Assembly: GCA_022798795.1 (NCBI GenBank)
Contig: JAAWNF010000002.1
Location: 1,871 to 65,870, forward strand
Reading direction: 5' to 3'
DNA from: Bacilli bacterium
GTDB taxonomy: Bacteria; Bacillota_I; Bacilli_A; RF39; UBA660
Length of the DNA stretch: 64,000 bases
In this document: one piece after another, positions 28,359 to 37,314 of the stretch
Layout: every line of letters starts with the position of its first letter
How positions within the stretch are numbered: position 1 is the first letter of the stretch
Made by a program: the position numbers and the translations under genes
Notes under the pieces: model-generated
Databases searched by the model: none
What the model was told of the DNA's origin: nothing
What the model saw: the letters and a program-made list of their open reading frames with translations, nothing else

Positions 28359-29129
28359 CTAACAAGCGGATTCACTTTTTAACATCATATAAGAACCTAT
28401 CAATAAAAGACTAGAAATCATAAGTGTTAATTCAGTTAATAAGAAATCTTGATAAATAAACATTGTAAATACGATACTTGCCATATTCGCGCTCACATGA
28501 ACCATAATAGAAGCTTTTAAATTGTATTTTTCATAGACAAAAATAAGTATAAAATTAAAAATAAAAGCATATAAAATTCCAAAAATATCAGTATGAGAAA
28601 ACGCAAATATCACTCCTGTTAACAATAAGGATTTCATCACTGGATAATATTTTTGAAGTCGATTGTAAACAATTCCTCTAAATAAATATTCCTCTAAAAT
28701 TGGGCCTAATAAAACAGTACTTATAATTGTAGAAACCAGATTTATATTTCCCTCAAATGAACTGGTAACTGAAAAAATAGAATTGAAACTACTCAATATT
28801 GCATTATAAAGAAGACTAAATGAAATCCCTAGTATTATCAAAAACAAACAATCAGAAACTGCTAATTTCTTTTTTTCTTTTCTTTTTTCCCGTTGATATT
28901 TTTTATAGAGAATTGGAAAAAATATCAAAAACAAAATAATTACTATAATAACACCATAATGAGAGAAAAAGCGTGCCAAAGAATTTATATAGTCATCTGT
29001 ACCTATCCAACTTTCTAAATTCGGTTTATTACTAGTTAATAGAAAAATAATGGTTGCAATCATGGTCAAGAAAAATTGGCTTACAGCAAATAAGAATGGT
29101 AAGCCAATTATATAAAATAATTTTTTCAT
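28359..29129 (-). CDS. CPBP family intramembrane metalloprotease (CAAX protease-like)
   Basis: EEYLFRG...FSHTD motifs. Confidence 0.7.
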   Translation of the reverse strand: MKKLFYIIGLPFLFAVSQFFLTMIATIIFLLTSNKPNLESWIGTDDYINSLARFFSHYGVIIVIILFLIFFPILYKKYQREKRKEKKKLAVSDCLFLIILGISFSLLYNAILSSFNSIFSVTSSFEGNINLVSTIISTVLLGPILEEYLFRGIVYNRLQKYYPVMKSLLLTGVIFAFSHTDIFGILYAFIFNFILIFVYEKYNLKASIMVHVSANMASIVFTMFIYQDFLLTELTLMISSLLLIGSYMMLKSESAC

Positions 29130-30016
29130 TATTTTTTTTCTTTTAACATTTCACTAATTGTTGTTCCAATGGTTGCTATATTTTGTAGTTCTGATGGAAC
29201 AATAATCTTCGTTGCTTGACCATTTGCAACCGTTTCTAATGCTTCAAAGCTTTTAAGTGTTAAAACAGAAGAGTCAGCTTTTGCTTCCTTTAATAAACGA
29301 ATTCCTTCTGCCTCTGCTGTTTTTAATTTGATAATCGCTTCTGCTTCTCCTTCAGCTTTTTTGATTTTTGATTCTTTATCTGCTTCTGCTCTTAAAATGG
29401 CACTTTCTTTTTCTCCTTCAGCAATTAAAATACTAGATTTTTTTTCTCCTTCTGCCTGAAGAATTTTTTCTCTTCTTTCACGTTCTGCTCTCATTTGTTT
29501 TTCCATTGCTTCTTGAATATCTCTTGGTGGAATGATATTTTTCACTTCAACACGATTTACTTTAATGCCCCATGGGTCTGTTGCTTCATCTAAAATAGAA
29601 CGCATTTTAGAATTGATAATATCTCTAGATGTCAAGGTTTGGTCTAATTCTAGCTCTCCAATAATATTACGTAATGTTGTTGCTGTTAAGTTTTCAATCG
29701 CACTAATTGGATTTTCTACTCCATAAGTATATAATTTTGCATCTGTAATTTGAAAATATACTACAGTATCTATTTGCATTGTTACATTATCTTTTGTAAT
29801 AACAGGCTGTGGGTCAAAATCTTTTACGATTTCTTTTAAAATGACTTGATTGGCTATCCTGTCTAAAAAAGGCAATTTAAAATGCAATCCATTTTTCCAT
29901 GTTGTATAATAAGAGCCTACTCTTTCAATAACATATGTTTTTGCTTGTGGCACAATTTTCACATTTGGCACAATTAGAACAATAGCAAGTATTAAAATAA
30001 CAATTAAAAATTCCAT
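29129..30016 (-). CDS. SPFH/Band 7 (stomatin-like) protein
   Basis: N-terminal TM plus SPFH domain, and a C-terminal coiled coil with AEGE repeats. Confidence 0.85.
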   Translation of the reverse strand: MEFLIVILILAIVLIVPNVKIVPQAKTYVIERVGSYYTTWKNGLHFKLPFLDRIANQVILKEIVKDFDPQPVITKDNVTMQIDTVVYFQITDAKLYTYGVENPISAIENLTATTLRNIIGELELDQTLTSRDIINSKMRSILDEATDPWGIKVNRVEVKNIIPPRDIQEAMEKQMRAERERREKILQAEGEKKSSILIAEGEKESAILRAEADKESKIKKAEGEAEAIIKLKTAEAEGIRLLKEAKADSSVLTLKSFEALETVANGQATKIIVPSELQNIATIGTTISEMLKEKK

Positions 30017-30018
30017 AT

Positions 30019-30438
30019 TTACTCCTCAACTTTCTCTACTTTTAATTTCGCTCCATCAATAGAAATGATTTTAACAATACTGTCTTTTTCTATTTTCTTT
30101 GTACTAACAGCACTCCATTTCTTTCCATCTACTTTGACTTCGCCGACTATATTCTTCGCTATTTTTTCAGTTACAACTCCTTCCATTCCAATAATTCTAT
30201 CAAAGTTTGTTTTTTCATTTTTTGGTTTTACAAATTTTAATAATAATGGTCTTGTTGTAATTAATAGAAAAATTCCTAAAATAACAAAAATTCCAAATTG
30301 TAGAATAAAATTATCAACAGTAAGTGAAACTAATAAAGCCACTATCCCACTAATCACAAACCAAATTGTTGTTAATCCGACTGTCATACATTCTACAAGT
30401 GTTAGTAAAATGACGACCCCTAACCATATATAAGACAT
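30019..30438 (-). CDS. NfeD family membrane protein
   Basis: TM helices plus a C-terminal OB-like NfeD domain, paired with the SPFH gene. Confidence 0.7.
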   Translation of the reverse strand: MSYIWLGVVILLTLVECMTVGLTTIWFVISGIVALLVSLTVDNFILQFGIFVILGIFLLITTRPLLLKFVKPKNEKTNFDRIIGMEGVVTEKIAKNIVGEVKVDGKKWSAVSTKKIEKDSIVKIISIDGAKLKVEKVEE

Positions 30439-30516
30439 TTACATCACCTGAATTTATTATACACTTTTTTAGATAAAATTTCAATGAAGCTATCATAGTA
30501 TATGAAAAAAAAGAAC

Positions 30517-30963
30517 TTAATAGTCCTTTACTAACTGTTTCAATTCTTCTATTTTACTAGTTCTACCATACACTTCTATCGAAAGCAACTTGACTCCATA
30601 AAAAGAGATTTTTTCTACTTCTTTTGTATTCCCCATAGCTTTCATCTCTTTGGCTAATTTTTTTTCAATTTCTTCTAAACCTTTTTGATTTGAAATTCCT
30701 AAAAATGAATATTCTGGATTTTGATTTGAGAATTTACTTCTATATAATTTAGGAATTTCATAAGTAACTTTGTATAATGTTAAAGAATTCAATAATGAGG
30801 CGATATTTTTTGTTGTAATAGAAGCATTAGAAACATCAATTTTTACGAATTGAAATTCATTTGCGTTTGTTTCTTCAAAAACTGGTTTTGAACTTTCTTT
30901 TTGAGTTATAAAACAGATTGAAGCAAATAAGCAAATACTAATTAAAACAAACCACTTTTTCAC
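30517..30963 (-). CDS. Hypothetical secreted or membrane-anchored protein
   Basis: N-terminal signal/anchor MKKWFVLISICLFASIC. Confidence 0.4.
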   Translation of the reverse strand: MKKWFVLISICLFASICFITQKESSKPVFEETNANEFQFVKIDVSNASITTKNIASLLNSLTLYKVTYEIPKLYRSKFSNQNPEYSFLGISNQKGLEEIEKKLAKEMKAMGNTKEVEKISFYGVKLLSIEVYGRTSKIEELKQLVKDY

Positions 30964-31014
30964 ACTTTCACCTCATTTATAGAATGGCACTTTTTTAAAA
31001 AAATAATCTTTTAT

Positions 31015-31044
31015 TTGACAAAAAGAATTCTTTATGCTAGAATT
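31015..31044 (+). promoter_or_regulatory. Near-consensus sigma-A promoter
   Basis: TTGACA, 17-nt spacer, TAGAAT. Confidence 0.55.
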
Positions 31045-31303
31045 AGTCCTAATCGAAAGAGGTTGCGAAACTTATTATTATTTAACAATTACTCAGATTA
31101 TTGTTGTTAAAGAAAGGAAGTTTTGCCGAAATAAAACAAGATATCTGAATCTTGCTTTATTGGGACAGCTACATAATATGGGCTGGACTGTCACAAGAGA
31201 AACTTGTGGAGTGCTTTCAAAATTATTATCATAGAAATGATTTCTATTTTTAATGGTTTTGTGTACTCACAAGACCATTTTTTAATAGAAAGAAGGAATT
31301 TAT
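31045..31303 (+). promoter_or_regulatory. Roughly 250-nt transcribed leader ending in a strong intrinsic terminator (31255-31290). A candidate riboswitch or attenuator of unknown class.
   Basis: The 11-bp stem AUGGUUUUGUG-UACU-CACAAGACCAU is followed by UUUUUU, located 14 nt before the start codon at 31304. Additional internal hairpins are present. Confidence 0.45.
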
Positions 31304-32290
31304 ATGACAGAACAAAATTTTATAGAAGCTATTGGAATCTATGGTCAAGTTTGTGAGATGATGAACACTGAAAATCATAATGTTCAATATGAGGTATTAC
31401 AATTATCTAGTTTGTATCATCAACCAAATTTTGCATATCAAATCGCTTCACTTTATGATAGTTATCATAACAACAAAGACTTTATCCATTTACCAAATGT
31501 AGGAACAATCATACAAAACAGCAAGCAATTTCCTATTATCATCGCTAGAAGAAGAGACAATGGAACATTACTTGGCGTTTCTACAATCAAATATTTTGAA
31601 AATGACGAGAACTATATCAATCCATATTTTCCAGAAGAAAACGCTCATTATTTAGAAATTAGTGGATTGCTTGTTCGTAAAGATAATATTATTTCTGGAT
31701 TTCCAGGAATTGGAAAAAGGATTAATGAAATTGCAATTTTTTTAGCTTCTAAAATTCATGAAATTCATCCAGACATTCGAATGATTGGAGTTATCGATGT
31801 TAGGAATGTTCCTAGCATTGAGGCTTTGAAAAAAAGTTTACATAGAATTCAAAAGCAAAGATATTTTGAAGACTATTCTTTATCGGGTCATCTTATTGGA
31901 TACTATGAAGTCCATGATTTTGCAACTGAATCTTTAATAGAACCTCAAACTTTAGTATTAGAAATTTCCTTAACTCCAAGTAAAATGGTAGACCCTATCG
32001 CAATCACAATTGACTTAGAACAACAAACAGAAACAATCACAGAAACTATAGAACGAGAATTTCAAAAAACATTAGGTTGTTTTGGTATAAAACGAGGAGA
32101 AGCTTTAGAAGACCCAGAATGTGGAAACGTCGTATTCTGTTCCATTGCAAATAGAACCATGAGCAGAATTGAAAACCTTACTGTAATTCCACACGAATCG
32201 GCACTCGGAAACGATAGAAAAGCATCTTTTGGGTCATTATTTACAACTACAAATGAGTCTTCTGATAGAAAGGTATATATTTATGAATAA
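31304..32290 (+). CDS. Hypothetical protein (328 aa), co-transcribed with pepD
   Basis: ORF with an AAGGAA SD. Its stop overlaps the pepD start. Confidence 0.5.
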   Translation: MTEQNFIEAIGIYGQVCEMMNTENHNVQYEVLQLSSLYHQPNFAYQIASLYDSYHNNKDFIHLPNVGTIIQNSKQFPIIIARRRDNGTLLGVSTIKYFENDENYINPYFPEENAHYLEISGLLVRKDNIISGFPGIGKRINEIAIFLASKIHEIHPDIRMIGVIDVRNVPSIEALKKSLHRIQKQRYFEDYSLSGHLIGYYEVHDFATESLIEPQTLVLEISLTPSKMVDPIAITIDLEQQTETITETIEREFQKTLGCFGIKRGEALEDPECGNVVFCSIANRTMSRIENLTVIPHESALGNDRKASFGSLFTTTNESSDRKVYIYE

Positions 32291-33650
32291 TACTATCCAT
32301 TTTTTCAAAGAAATTTCTAAAATTCCAAGAGAATCAGGAAATGAAAGCCAAATTGCACAATATTTATGTGAATTTGCCAAATCTAGAAATTTGTATTGTG
32401 AAATAGACAAATTCAATAATGTATTTATAAAAAAAGAAAATAAAAATTGTTCTCCTCTTATTTTACAAGCACATACAGATATGGTTTGCGAAAAACTTCC
32501 AGAAAAAGTTTTCAATTTTGAAAAAGACTCTATTGAAATTATAGAGCAAGATGGTTATTTATGTGCAAATGGGACTACTTTAGGTGCAGACAATGGGATT
32601 GGTGTTGCACAAATTTTATCTATATTAGATAGTAATATTCCATGTAATATTGAAGCCGTTTTTACAACTTCTGAAGAAACATCAATGGATGGCGCAATTC
32701 ACTTTGATGCTTCTAAACTAAAAGGGAAGAGATTACTTAATTTAGACGGATTTGAAGAAAATACAATTGTTATTGAAAGTGCTGCTTTTTATGATGTTCT
32801 ATACCACGACCAGTATGAATTACAAGATATTTCTAATACAAAAGGATATCAAATATCATTATCTGGACTATTAGGTGGACATTCTGGTGCTGACATTAAC
32901 AAAAATAGAGGGAATGCATCTATCATTCTTGCTGAATTTTTAAAAGAACTTCCTCATTTACAAATCAGTGATTTTTCTGGTGGAACAAAATTTAACGTTA
33001 TTCCTAGCAATGCAAATGCAAAGATTATCACTTCTATTTCAGAGACTATTATACAAGAGAAAATAAAGCACTTTTTAAATAAAAAAAGTATACTATTTCC
33101 AAGCTTAGATATTACAATCCAAACTTGTTCTATTTCTACTGCTTTATCATCTATAGAAAGCCAAAATTGGTTAAATTGGATTTTAAAATTTCGCCATGGT
33201 GTTTTCTATAGCCACAATGACCTCCCTACTACCTCAATTAATTTAGGCGTTGTAGATTTGAAACATCATTTACACAAAATTGGAATTAGGAGTTCAAAAA
33301 AAGTAGAAGAAGATGAATGTCTTCAATACTTAAAAAATTTTGCCTACAACAATCATTTATCCTTTGAAATTTTAGGATATCAACCAGGTTTTGAAAGCAA
33401 CTCAAATTCTAAATTTATCCAAAATATTATTGCTGCACATCCAACAGAGCTATTTTCTAAAATTCCTGAAACAAAATCGATTCACGCTACAGTTGAAGTG
33501 GGTTTCTTTAAAGAAAAAATTCCCGATTTAGAAATCGCGATTATCTCTCCAAATATTAAAAATGCCCATACACCAAAGGAAAGTGTAGAAATTGAATCGA
33601 TAAAAAAAGTTGACCAATGGATAATCAACATTATTTCTGTATTAAAATAA
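32283..33650 (+). CDS. pepD: Aminoacyl-histidine dipeptidase (Xaa-His dipeptidase, M20C)
   Basis: HTDMV and GTTLGADNGIGVA motifs. The probable start is MNNTIHFFKEI. Confidence 0.8.
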   Translation: MNNTIHFFKEISKIPRESGNESQIAQYLCEFAKSRNLYCEIDKFNNVFIKKENKNCSPLILQAHTDMVCEKLPEKVFNFEKDSIEIIEQDGYLCANGTTLGADNGIGVAQILSILDSNIPCNIEAVFTTSEETSMDGAIHFDASKLKGKRLLNLDGFEENTIVIESAAFYDVLYHDQYELQDISNTKGYQISLSGLLGGHSGADINKNRGNASIILAEFLKELPHLQISDFSGGTKFNVIPSNANAKIITSISETIIQEKIKHFLNKKSILFPSLDITIQTCSISTALSSIESQNWLNWILKFRHGVFYSHNDLPTTSINLGVVDLKHHLHKIGIRSSKKVEEDECLQYLKNFAYNNHLSFEILGYQPGFESNSNSKFIQNIIAAHPTELFSKIPETKSIHATVEVGFFKEKIPDLEIAIISPNIKNAHTPKESVEIESIKKVDQWIINIISVLK

Positions 33651-33687
33651 AAGTATTTTTAACGCAAAATACTTTTTTTCATTGGTG

Positions 33688-35337
33688 TTAAAATAATCCG
33701 ATAATTTCATTATCTATAACATCAATTTGCTCATAGTTTGGCCTCTTTGGAAGTCCTGGCATTGTCATAATGTCTCCAAGTAAAATTGTTATAAATTTGG
33801 CTCCTGCATAAAGTCTAATATCTTTTACATGGAGCTCATAATTGGTTGGATTTCCTAACTTATTTGGGTCATCTGATAAAGAATATTGGGTTTTGGCAAC
33901 ACAGATTGAATATTGCTCATATTTTGTATTTTTTAATCTTTCTATTTTTTCTTTGGCTTCTTCTGAATAGCAAACCCCATTCGCGTGATAGATATTTTTA
34001 GCAAGTTTTTCTAACTTTTCTTCTATGGAGTCTTCAAGCTCATATTGATACTTTAAATCATGCTTTTCTTCACTCAACTCTAATACTTTCTTTGCCAAAG
34101 ATATTGCCCCTTCACCACCATTTACATAAGCAGTACTTGCCTCTAATGAAACCTGAAGTTCAGCACAAATGTCTTTTAACGTTTTAATTTCTTCTTCTGT
34201 ATCCGTTTGATATTGATTTAAACAAACCACGATTGGAATTTCAAATTGTTTTAAATTGCAAATATGCGCTTTTAAATTTGCTGCTCCTATTTTAATTGCT
34301 TCTATATTTTCTTTTAAAATGTCTTCTTTTTTTATTCCTGCATTATATTTTAATGATTTTAAAGTAGCTACTAAAACAATAGCTGAGGGAGTTAAATTCC
34401 CTACTCTACATTTTATATCTAAAAATTTTTCAGCTCCTAAATCAGAACCAAAACCAGCTTCTGTAATAACATAATCAGATAATTTTAGAGCAAGCTCTGT
34501 TGCAATCAAACTATTACACCCATGAGCAATATTAGCAAATGGCCCTCCATGAACAAGCGCTGGATTACCCTCTAATGTTTGTACTAAATTAGGTTTGATA
34601 GCATCTTTTAAAACAGCCATCATACTTCCTGTAATATGAAGTTGTCCAGCTAAAACTGGAGTCCCTTCATAAGTATAGCCAATGACAATTTCGTCAATTC
34701 TATTTTTTAAATCTTCCAAATCTTTTGCTAGACAAAATAATGTCATAATTTCACTTGCAGCAGTGATATTAAAATGTTCTTCTCGTTTCGTTTCTCTATC
34801 ACTAGAAAATCCTATTTTTGTGCTTCTTAAAGCTCTATCATTCATATCCAAGCATCTTGAGAACGATATGGTTTCAGGATTTATATTTAGCTCATTTCCA
34901 AAATATAAATGATTATCTATTGCTGCACATAACAAATTATTTGCTGTTGTAATTGCATGAAAATCTCCTGTAAAGTGCAAATTAATTTCTTCCATCGGAA
35001 CAATTTGAGAATAGCCTCCCCCAGTTGCTCCTCCTTTCATTCCAAATACAGGACCTAATGATGGTTCTCTTAAAGCAAGAATTGCATTTTTCCCTAATTT
35101 ACATAAAGCATCATCTAATCCAATACTAACTGTCGTTTTCCCTTCTCCATAAGGTGTTGGAGATATGGCTGTTACCAAAATCAATTTTCCTTTTTTCTCG
35201 CCTTTTATTTTGTTTCCGTCTATTTTAGCCTTATCATTTCCATAACGTTCTAAATCATCATTTAAAACTCCAATTTTTTTCGCGATTTCTTCTATTTTTA
35301 AAGGAGAAATACGATGCGCTATTTCAATATCTGTCAT
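33688..35337 (-). CDS. fhs: Formate--tetrahydrofolate ligase
   Basis: PTPYGEGKTT motif. About 549 aa from the ATG at 35337, preceded by an AGGTGA SD. Confidence 0.9.
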   Translation of the reverse strand: MTDIEIAHRISPLKIEEIAKKIGVLNDDLERYGNDKAKIDGNKIKGEKKGKLILVTAISPTPYGEGKTTVSIGLDDALCKLGKNAILALREPSLGPVFGMKGGATGGGYSQIVPMEEINLHFTGDFHAITTANNLLCAAIDNHLYFGNELNINPETISFSRCLDMNDRALRSTKIGFSSDRETKREEHFNITAASEIMTLFCLAKDLEDLKNRIDEIVIGYTYEGTPVLAGQLHITGSMMAVLKDAIKPNLVQTLEGNPALVHGGPFANIAHGCNSLIATELALKLSDYVITEAGFGSDLGAEKFLDIKCRVGNLTPSAIVLVATLKSLKYNAGIKKEDILKENIEAIKIGAANLKAHICNLKQFEIPIVVCLNQYQTDTEEEIKTLKDICAELQVSLEASTAYVNGGEGAISLAKKVLELSEEKHDLKYQYELEDSIEEKLEKLAKNIYHANGVCYSEEAKEKIERLKNTKYEQYSICVAKTQYSLSDDPNKLGNPTNYELHVKDIRLYAGAKFITILLGDIMTMPGLPKRPNYEQIDVIDNEIIGLF

Positions 35338-35394
35338 TCTTATCACCTAACTTCATTATACTAAATCGGAAGAAAAAAAGAAAGCTATTACTTT

Positions 35395-36039
35395 CTATAC
35401 ATGTGGATTCCAACTTTTTAAATATTCTAAACTTGCTTTTTCTTGACTTTCTACCAAAGAAACTGCAGAAGGACCCATTCTTCTAACTTGTTCCTGAAGC
35501 CCAAAAATAGCAAGTATCTCCCTTCCTTTTTCCCATGTTAATTTATAAGAACCTGGAGACATCGCATCATAATTATTACTATAGAGACGCTCCATAACTG
35601 ATTTTGCGAAATTTCCTTCCATACTATAATTGCTGATTGCATTTGCTTCCTTTATATAATCTTTTAAAAACCATTCAATCATTCGATTTGAAAACGCTTT
35701 AAAACATGTAATTTGATTTAACAAGAAAAAGCCTTCTAACCATTTCAACTTTTTTTCTAAAATACTTGTTGCTCTATTTATGTTAGTAAGCATATCAAAC
35801 ATGATAATAAAACGAACCTCACTTTGTTCTCTGCTAAAATAGTCCAATCCTTTTTCACGAAATTGCTCTTCTAATTCTAAAATCTTCTTTTGGTAAATGT
35901 CCCCAATATTTAACATTCTTACTTCAAAGCCTGTCATCGTAGAAATTTGGCATACCAAACTGGTCACTGCCGCAGCAAGTTGGTTACTGCTTCCTAAAAA
36001 TTCATTTTTCTCATCTAATCTTGTCCATTTTTTTTCCAT
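35395..36039 (-). CDS. Hypothetical protein (214 aa)
   Basis: ORF overlapping the upstream carboxypeptidase stop. I recognise no motif. Confidence 0.4.
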   Translation of the reverse strand: MEKKWTRLDEKNEFLGSSNQLAAAVTSLVCQISTMTGFEVRMLNIGDIYQKKILELEEQFREKGLDYFSREQSEVRFIIMFDMLTNINRATSILEKKLKWLEGFFLLNQITCFKAFSNRMIEWFLKDYIKEANAISNYSMEGNFAKSVMERLYSNNYDAMSPGSYKLTWEKGREILAIFGLQEQVRRMGPSAVSLVESQEKASLEYLKSWNPHV

Positions 36040-37261
36040 TCTTTTTTCTTCTCCTCATTTTCTTTATTACAAATATCATTGCAATTAGACAAATAATCAC
36101 GATTCCAATTGCAAGCTCCATATGTGCTTTTACATATTTTACAATATCAAAGGTAAGCTTTTTTCTTAAAATAATATCTTGTTCATAAACTGTTTCATCT
36201 TGGTATTTGATTCTGAGAGTCCCCAATTTAGTGCCTACTTGTTCTTTTGATGTAATGACTTTAATCCCATCATATTGATATTTTAAATCTTTCTTTTCAA
36301 AATCATTAGATAAATATTTTTCTAATGTTTTCTCAGCATAAAAAGAAACATTATCTTCTTTGGTATATAAAGTATTTAAAGTGAGTAGTTTTTCTTTCTT
36401 TTCTACGATTTTTTGATTTCCATAGTGATTCATAAAATGTTCATATATTGTTTTGGCATCATATAAATTTTTTGGTCCTTCATTATAAGGTGCCCTAGCT
36501 GTTACAAGCATATAATGAACATTATTCCAAGTAGCAATAGAAGCAAGACACAAACCAGCATCATAAGTGGTTCCTGTTTTTCCGCCTTCTAAATAATCCA
36601 TTTCAATTCCATATCTTCTTTTATTTTTATCAATGGAATTATAAACGACAAATGAATTATCACTTATCTTATAAGAAGAGGAGGTCATAATCTTTTTTAA
36701 TTCTTCATTTCTTAAAGCATACTGAAAAATAATGGCTACTTCCTCAACCGTAGAATAATGTTCTTCTTCATCAAGACCAGTTTCGTTCACAAAATGTGTA
36801 TTTTTTAGCCCTAAATCCATTGCTTTTTCATTCATTAAGTTGATAAAGTTTACTCTTCCTCCTGCTACCATTCTCGTGAGTGCCTGTGCAGCATCTGCCC
36901 CTGATGGAAGCAATAATCCATACAGCAAATCACGATATGTTACATGTTGTCCAACTTCAAAACCTGCCACTGAAGCATTGGCTTCTTCTAAACCATAAAA
37001 ATCTTCATTTGTTAACGTTATTTTCTCATCCAAATCATTGATATGCTCCATCGCTACAATTGCTGTCATAATTTTTGTCATAGATGCAATTGAAACTTTT
37101 TCTTTAGAAGCTTTTTCATATAAAATTGTATTTTCATCTAAATTATACAAAATAGCATTTTTTGAATGGATATTAAAATCAACTGCTTTCACATTAGAAA
37201 CGCCTAAATATAAAGTTAGGATGACTAATACCACACGCAAATATGTTTTCATATCATTCAC
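36011..37261 (-). CDS. D-alanyl-D-alanine carboxypeptidase (serine-type, PBP5-like)
   Basis: Signal peptide, SMTK active-site motif and a C-terminal membrane anchor. Confidence 0.8.
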   Translation of the reverse strand: MNDMKTYLRVVLVILTLYLGVSNVKAVDFNIHSKNAILYNLDENTILYEKASKEKVSIASMTKIMTAIVAMEHINDLDEKITLTNEDFYGLEEANASVAGFEVGQHVTYRDLLYGLLLPSGADAAQALTRMVAGGRVNFINLMNEKAMDLGLKNTHFVNETGLDEEEHYSTVEEVAIIFQYALRNEELKKIMTSSSYKISDNSFVVYNSIDKNKRRYGIEMDYLEGGKTGTTYDAGLCLASIATWNNVHYMLVTARAPYNEGPKNLYDAKTIYEHFMNHYGNQKIVEKKEKLLTLNTLYTKEDNVSFYAEKTLEKYLSNDFEKKDLKYQYDGIKVITSKEQVGTKLGTLRIKYQDETVYEQDIILRKKLTFDIVKYVKAHMELAIGIVIICLIAMIFVIKKMRRRKKNGKKMDKIR

Positions 37262-37314
37262 CTCTATAAGTATAATATAAAAGATTTGAAAAAACTAGTA
37301 TAAAAAAAAGAAAA

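Noticed and set aside
31034-31234. 66-aa ORF in the leader upstream of 31304
   Set aside because: It has no SD and lies within a region better explained as a structured untranslated leader, between a consensus promoter and a terminator.
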